NCBI GenBank assembly: GCA_964603585.1
Contig: CAZRVK010000005.1
Span: forward strand, 90,027-154,026
DNA length: 64,000 bases
DNA from: an uncultured Planctomycetales bacterium
Lineage (GTDB): Bacteria; Omnitrophota; Gorgyraeia; Gygaellales; Profunditerraquicolaceae
Direction of reading: 5' to 3'
Within the stretch, counting starts at the first letter, position 1, and every line of letters begins with the position of its first letter. The notes below the pieces were generated by a model that saw only the letters and a program-made list of their open reading frames with translations, was not told the origin of the DNA and made no database searches. Shown here piece after piece: positions 59,058 to 64,000 of the stretch. Both the position numbers and the translations under genes were made by a program.

Positions 59058-60785
59058 TTGTCAGTTATCCTGGGAATTGTAAATAAACGCGTTCATTCGG
59101 GTTTTGACGAGGATACGCTCTCTGGATTCCGCGATTGCCTTTCCTTGGGTGGACAGCGTAAGGTCTACAGCCTTGATTGCGGCAAGGCTATGTTCTATTG
59201 TGCGGATCATCCGGATGTAAATCAAAATTTAATAGCCCGCGATGAACGCAATGCACAGGTAACTGTATTTGGAGGAAGGATCCTTGAATACCGGGGCGCC
59301 GATAAAGCGGCATTTTCCTGTAAGCCTTGGGTGGACCCGGCGCTTTTCTGCCTGGAAGGTTTTTCTCAATCTGGGGTATCATTCTTAAAGGGCCTCAATG
59401 GTACCTTTGGAGTGGCATTATGGGATAAAAGAAAAGAACGGTTGATTTTGGCAGGCGATACATTTGGGCTTTATCCGTTGTTTTATTATGATTCCAATGA
59501 AATATTCATTTTTTGTTCAGAATATCAGCCGATACTAAAATACAAGGAGCTTAAACCTGTCCTTGATCCGCAGGCAGTTGCAAAGTATTTTATCTTTGGT
59601 GCAGTTATGGGAGAGAGGACCCTGATTAAAGGCGTCTTAAGGCTTCCACCGGCATCGGCCTTAACACTGAAGGATGGTTTAGCCGGGATAGATGCTTATG
59701 AACATGTGGATATCCATATCCAGAGGGACAGGCCAAAGGGATATTTCATTGAGCGTTTCGAAGACAGGCTAAGGCATGTGGTAACATCCGGGTTAAGTCG
59801 GTTTGACATAGACCACTGTGATTTATCCGGAGGCTTGGATACCCGGTTCATTCTTGGCCTAATCCCGGTTGGGGCGGCCCAGGGCTTGAAGTTTATTACG
59901 TATATGAACGCGTATCTTGATGAAAAAACGGACAGAAACGTCATTTGCGCAAAACGCCTGTCCCGGCAGTTTAAATTGCGCCACAATGTGATTGCCGGCA
60001 CCAAACCGGTTGATTTTTCTCCGTATTTTTTTGAGCGAATAAGGTATGTAGAAACAAATAACCCTGCGCTTTCTGGTAGGGGCGGAGGGGAATTCTTAGG
60101 AGGGGAGTTCATTAAAATCTATAACCAGTTCTTCAGGCCGAGTAATGATCCCGGGCAGTTAAGGCGCCAGTTACTCGGGTATTTTTCAAAACGGTTTGTA
60201 AATAGCCTCGGATGCCTGGAAGACTTACTGGTCCGCCGCCTGAACAGCAAAGAGGCTTTAGCTCGAGAAAACACGGTTTTTTTATCCTCGGTTGAACTGA
60301 TCTTCCGGTCGTTCCTTTCGTCGCTTTATTACGGAAGTTTCCGCGGCACGGCGTTTACCTGCCCTTGGGAATGCTTTTTAGGCACTGAATTTTCCCCGTT
60401 TACCGATAAGGAGTTCTTAAAGCTCATAGCTATAACCCCTCCGGAATATCTTATGGATTACGGCTTGTATATCGCTATTCTGAAAAGACACCACCGCAAT
60501 TTATTGAAACTGCCGTATTTCTCCTGCGCATGCCGGCATCCCGGGATCAGGCATTTTGGGCCTGGGAGGCATACTTTTATGCGCAAAGAGAACCGGCATA
60601 TTAAGTTTATCAATACCTGCATTAAGGATCCGGATGCCTGGGTTAAGCAAAATCTTATCTGCCGGCAAAAGGCAAAGTCGCATCTTAGGTATTACCATTC
60701 GGTGCGGGACCTCTTTGATCAAAAGATGTATGAACTGGCAAAGGTCACCGATTTCCAGGCATGGCTTAACTACATAAAAAACTGA
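59058..60785 (+). CDS. Asparagine synthetase B-like amidotransferase (Ntn-type N-domain with Ser in place of the nucleophilic Cys; PP-loop ATP pyrophosphatase domain)
   Basis: TTG start with 'AGGAGG' RBS 8 nt upstream. N-terminus 'MSVILGIV' versus the canonical 'MCGI'. 'GTFGVALWDKRKERLILAGDTFGLYPLFY' is AsnB-like. The PP-loop reads 'DLSGGLDTR'. Confidence 0.75.
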   Translation: MSVILGIVNKRVHSGFDEDTLSGFRDCLSLGGQRKVYSLDCGKAMFYCADHPDVNQNLIARDERNAQVTVFGGRILEYRGADKAAFSCKPWVDPALFCLEGFSQSGVSFLKGLNGTFGVALWDKRKERLILAGDTFGLYPLFYYDSNEIFIFCSEYQPILKYKELKPVLDPQAVAKYFIFGAVMGERTLIKGVLRLPPASALTLKDGLAGIDAYEHVDIHIQRDRPKGYFIERFEDRLRHVVTSGLSRFDIDHCDLSGGLDTRFILGLIPVGAAQGLKFITYMNAYLDEKTDRNVICAKRLSRQFKLRHNVIAGTKPVDFSPYFFERIRYVETNNPALSGRGGGEFLGGEFIKIYNQFFRPSNDPGQLRRQLLGYFSKRFVNSLGCLEDLLVRRLNSKEALARENTVFLSSVELIFRSFLSSLYYGSFRGTAFTCPWECFLGTEFSPFTDKEFLKLIAITPPEYLMDYGLYIAILKRHHRNLLKLPYFSCACRHPGIRHFGPGRHTFMRKENRHIKFINTCIKDPDAWVKQNLICRQKAKSHLRYYHSVRDLFDQKMYELAKVTDFQAWLNYIKN

Positions 60786-62282
60786 ATGAAAGAAGAACTT
60801 TCCCTAAAACCCGGTATTGTGCTGGTCCATTCCCCGTATATGTATATCCCACAAACTTACGGAAATGGAGGTGGGTTTATCCGTCCTCCTTTGGGGGTGG
60901 CTTCTCTTTCTGCATACCTTAAGCAAAAAGGTTTTGCTCCGTTTGTTTATGACTTAAACATTAAATTATTCCTTGGCGTTTCATCCGGGCATAGGTATCT
61001 CTGGGATAAGGAGTCCAAGCACCTTTGGATGAGGCGGGAAAAGTTTTTTAAACAAGTGCTCCCTAAAATACGCGCCGAGGTAGAAACTACGGCGGAAAAT
61101 ATTATCGCGCATGCTCCTGACCTGGTTTGTTTTTCAGTTTATAAGACCTCTATTGTTTTTTCCTTGTATTTAGCCGGTTTACTTAAAGAAAAAAGAAAAG
61201 ATATTTCCGTAATTTTGGGTGGCCCTGAATGCAAGGCATCTAATGCCGCAGAGATTATCGATAGTTCCCCGGTAGATGCAGTTGTGGTCGCAGAAGGCGA
61301 GGAAACCCTTAATGAAATAGTGCATAATTTCCGAAATAAGCGCATGTTAATTCCCTGCAGAGGTGGTTTTTTCCGTTCTGAAGGTAAGATCATCTTTGGC
61401 GGGCACAGGCCGTTTATTTCGGAGATCGATAAATTGCCGCTCCCGGATTTTTCCGGCATAATCGATGATTATTACAGGCTTAATAAGGACAATCTGGCCT
61501 TACCGATCTTGTGGCTGCGCGGATGTACTAACAAATGCACATTTTGTTCCAGTCCGTTACTGTGGGGTCATGCCCGTTCAAAGTCTCCGCAGGTGATTTT
61601 CCGGGAATTCAAAGAACAGAGCACTAAATATGGAATTTCACGTTTCATTAAGAATGATTCCATTTTGTCTGGTTCCGCTCAACACATAGATGAGGTATGC
61701 GACCTTTTAATAAAAAATGGCCTGGCTGTTCAATGGGGAGGGTCATCCCGGATCGATGATTTCTTAAGGCCTGAACTACTGACCAAAATGCGTAAGGCCG
61801 GATGTATGCATTTGAGTTATGGTATAGAAAGCGGCTCGCAAAAGATCATCGATGCCATGAATAAGAATTTCTCACTCTCCTTTGCCCGGGAGGTTTTGTC
61901 TGCGACTAAGCGCGCCGGGATCCGGGTTTGCGTTTATATCATGTATGGATACCCGGGGGAATCACTGGTTGATTTTTTTAAGACCATCGCGTTTCTTATT
62001 AAGAACAGGCGGTATATCGATTCCCTTGATTGTTCCCGGTTCGGTATTTCTTACTCCCTGTTAGCGGTTCATCCCGCCAAATACGGGATATCCCTGGATA
62101 AAAACGGAAGGTACCGTCCCCGGTATTATTTTATTTTTGATATTCTCACCAAAGCAAAAGGCCTTTTCCTGGCCCTGTATTGTTTTATTGCTTATAGGGA
62201 AGTCTTGGATAATACTGTCGGAAGCATTTATAAGCCTTTACGGTTCATCCGGAGCAGATTCTTCAGGAAAAATATACCTTGA
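60786..62282 (+). CDS. B12-binding domain radical SAM protein (second class B rSAM)
   Basis: N-terminal B12-binding-like domain followed by 'GCTNKCTFCSS' (CxxxCxxC). The start abuts the AsnB-like stop. Confidence 0.8.
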   Translation: MKEELSLKPGIVLVHSPYMYIPQTYGNGGGFIRPPLGVASLSAYLKQKGFAPFVYDLNIKLFLGVSSGHRYLWDKESKHLWMRREKFFKQVLPKIRAEVETTAENIIAHAPDLVCFSVYKTSIVFSLYLAGLLKEKRKDISVILGGPECKASNAAEIIDSSPVDAVVVAEGEETLNEIVHNFRNKRMLIPCRGGFFRSEGKIIFGGHRPFISEIDKLPLPDFSGIIDDYYRLNKDNLALPILWLRGCTNKCTFCSSPLLWGHARSKSPQVIFREFKEQSTKYGISRFIKNDSILSGSAQHIDEVCDLLIKNGLAVQWGGSSRIDDFLRPELLTKMRKAGCMHLSYGIESGSQKIIDAMNKNFSLSFAREVLSATKRAGIRVCVYIMYGYPGESLVDFFKTIAFLIKNRRYIDSLDCSRFGISYSLLAVHPAKYGISLDKNGRYRPRYYFIFDILTKAKGLFLALYCFIAYREVLDNTVGSIYKPLRFIRSRFFRKNIP

Positions 62283-62294
62283 GTCCAAACTTCG

Positions 62295-63533
62295 TCATGG
62301 CGAAGGGACAATTCTTTTGCTTGTCAGGTAATCCAGCAATTCCTCGGCGTAGAATTGGTGTAATATACGGCTGGGGTGGCCGTTGGCAGGGTTGGCCCAT
62401 AATTCCTTCCTGATTTGTTGCGGAGTATAACTGCCGAAACGCGCGTTCGCTTTCGGGTACAGGTCAAGGTAATCAATCCCATTTTCATCAAGCACTTTAA
62501 AAAGCATCCCGTAGTAATATCCAAGGTCCTTTAGTTTGCCCTGATAAGATACCCGGTTGTATCTTTCCATGGTCGGCAGGGTAATAAAGAGGCAGGGTAT
62601 TTTTATTTTTTGTAAATGGTCCTTTAATTGCGCGACCACTTTTTTATACTCCTGCCAATTCCCGCCGGAATAAAGATCCCTCCAATACATTTCGTAGGTA
62701 ATAGACTCGATCCCGCGGTTAATAAGATAAGCAGTGTTCTTGAATAAATTGTTCTTTATGCGCAGGTAGCGGCGGGGTTTTGCCAGCCCTCGTACCTCGG
62801 GGTCATTCTTTACGAACCCGATGATAAGATAATCGATCTGGAATTTGCTGCCTTCGCCAGTTAAGAAATCGAGTTCATCCTGGGTGCTCCATCCGTGCCG
62901 ACCCCAGGTCAATACTTCGATCTTATTCCCGTATAATTTTTCTAATTGTGCCGCCAGGATGTGGCTGAAGGAATCCTTTCTTTCTAATCCGGAACCCCAG
63001 ACATAGGAATCGCCCAGGATTGCTATCCTAAAGGCCGTTTGCCGGGATTTCTTATACTCACGGTGTTTGTCATCAAAACCCCAGCGGTTGCTGTTTTTTA
63101 TCTTTTCGGCATTGATTGCTTTGTCATCGGCCAGGTATTTTACAGAACCAAGGATTTTCTGGTTATTTTGCGTGCTTAAATAATATTCGGTCAAGGTTAA
63201 GGTGGATAATAAGAGAGACAGGTTTATTAGGAAGATGGTAATGCGGCTTTTTTTCTTGAATATATAATCCAAAAAGAAGGTTGCGGTTATAATCGAGATA
63301 ATGGCGAGCCAGTTTTTTGCGGCCTTAAATGCCAGAGCTTGGCAATAGCTGGATAGTAAAACAAAAGATGGGTTCCGGCAGAAAGCATACACCGCATTCA
63401 GCAGTTTATGTAAATACCCGATTATTGATAAACTGTCAAAACTGTAGCAGAACACGGATATTACCACCAGCATTATCGATGCAAACTTAAGTTGGCTGAA
63501 AAACCTATATTTTTTCTTTTCGGATGATTTCAT
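62295..63533 (-). CDS. Polytopic N-terminal membrane domain fused to an SGNH/GDSL-fold domain (paralogue 3)
   Basis: 3-4 N-terminal TM helices. 'IAILGDSYVWGSGLE' block I and 'ANGHPS' block V. Confidence 0.5.
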   Translation of the reverse strand: MKSSEKKKYRFFSQLKFASIMLVVISVFCYSFDSLSIIGYLHKLLNAVYAFCRNPSFVLLSSYCQALAFKAAKNWLAIISIITATFFLDYIFKKKSRITIFLINLSLLLSTLTLTEYYLSTQNNQKILGSVKYLADDKAINAEKIKNSNRWGFDDKHREYKKSRQTAFRIAILGDSYVWGSGLERKDSFSHILAAQLEKLYGNKIEVLTWGRHGWSTQDELDFLTGEGSKFQIDYLIIGFVKNDPEVRGLAKPRRYLRIKNNLFKNTAYLINRGIESITYEMYWRDLYSGGNWQEYKKVVAQLKDHLQKIKIPCLFITLPTMERYNRVSYQGKLKDLGYYYGMLFKVLDENGIDYLDLYPKANARFGSYTPQQIRKELWANPANGHPSRILHQFYAEELLDYLTSKRIVPSP

Positions 63534-64000
63534 CGTATATTTGGGCCCGTTTATCCCAGGTGTGTTTATTCAAGATGAGCCGGATAGCGTGTTTTTTATC
63601 CCAGGCCTTTATGTTGGCGGCTGTTTCGATATCCTGGGCCATGGCCTTTGGTTTTGAGTTTGGGCTGATAAATCCCAATTTAGCATCGATAAGGAGTTTT
63701 TCGTTGGGGAACCCTTTTTCCATGACTGTAGGAAGCCCTGCCCGGAGATAGTAGTATAATTTGGTGCTTTCGTTATTGTTTACTTTTTTAACCGGAGAAA
63801 GCACGATCCCTATATCGGCATGAAAAATGTATTGCCAGCTTTCCGGGTAAGGGATCGCCCCCAGGTGGGTTATGGCTTTAGGGTCCAGCTTTGTTATATC
63901 TCCCCGGCCGCAGACAAAAAGGCGGATATTCTTTTTTGCCAGTAGATTGCCGAGCGTGTTAAGTTTTTCTACCAGGATTGCGTTTGCCTCCGGCTGGGTA
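63505..64000 (-). CDS. GT-B glycosyltransferase, C-terminal part (gene continues beyond the window end)
   Basis: The minus-strand frame is open from 64000 down to the stop at 63505. It encodes '...NIRLFVCGRGD...YLRAGLPTVMEKGFPNEKLL...', a GT1/GT4 C-domain. Confidence 0.5.
   Translation of the reverse strand, partial: TQPEANAILVEKLNTLGNLLAKKNIRLFVCGRGDITKLDPKAITHLGAIPYPESWQYIFHADIGIVLSPVKKVNNNESTKLYYYLRAGLPTVMEKGFPNEKLLIDAKLGFISPNSKPKAMAQDIETAANIKAWDKKHAIRLILNKHTWDKRAQIYDEIIRKEKI

Noticed and set aside
59058-62282. Whether the AsnB-like plus rSAM pair is a RiPP (lasso-peptide-like) cluster
   Set aside because: Neighbouring genes abut one another, so there is no room for a precursor-peptide ORF. 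There is no protease or exporter of RiPP type. The surrounding genes are all glycan-related.

Overview
The window is a 64-kb stretch of bacterial chromosome with standard genetic code and tightly packed, often overlapping genes. I found no rRNA, tRNA, CRISPR array or transposase.

Positions 1-45,657 are a co-directional plus-strand block of about 46 genes, mostly housekeeping:
- cdsA (5' partial), dxr, rseP, ispG, an orphan CpaF/TadA-like ATPase, and a proS with a zinc ribbon in place of the editing domain.
- rimP, nusA, infB, trpS, scpA, ruvB.
- An unusual GCTCAT heptad-repeat palindrome, then a queuosine cluster queH-(SpoIID/LytB)-queA-tgt.
- trmD, rplS, rnhB, yraN.
- A Wood-Ljungdahl methyl-branch block: fhs, fchA-like, folD, a DUF486 membrane protein, metF, an LpdA/Nox-like flavoprotein and acsB.
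- A TPR lipoprotein, polA, glgA, coaE, rho, rpmE, prfA, a small TM/coiled-coil ORF, prmC, murA, trpGDCF.

From about 40.3 kb to the window end lies a roughly 24-kb glycan cluster that mixes strands. It contains:
- a Wzm/Wzt ABC exporter;
- at least nine GT-A/GT-B glycosyltransferases;
- three GT-C (PMT/ArnT-like) membrane glycosyltransferases, two of which are paralogues sharing a 342-bp tract that is 100% identical at the DNA level;
- a TylCIII-like NDP-sugar C-methyltransferase;
- two B12-binding radical-SAM enzymes;
- an AsnB-like amidotransferase whose N-terminal residue is Ser rather than Cys;
- three membrane-anchored SGNH proteins.

The Wood-Ljungdahl pathway genes suggest an anaerobic, probably uncultivated lineage, but the sequence alone does not support a taxon call. 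The glycan cluster is the best candidate for a previously undescribed system. Its combination of modifying enzymes and its internal recombination signatures are unusual.
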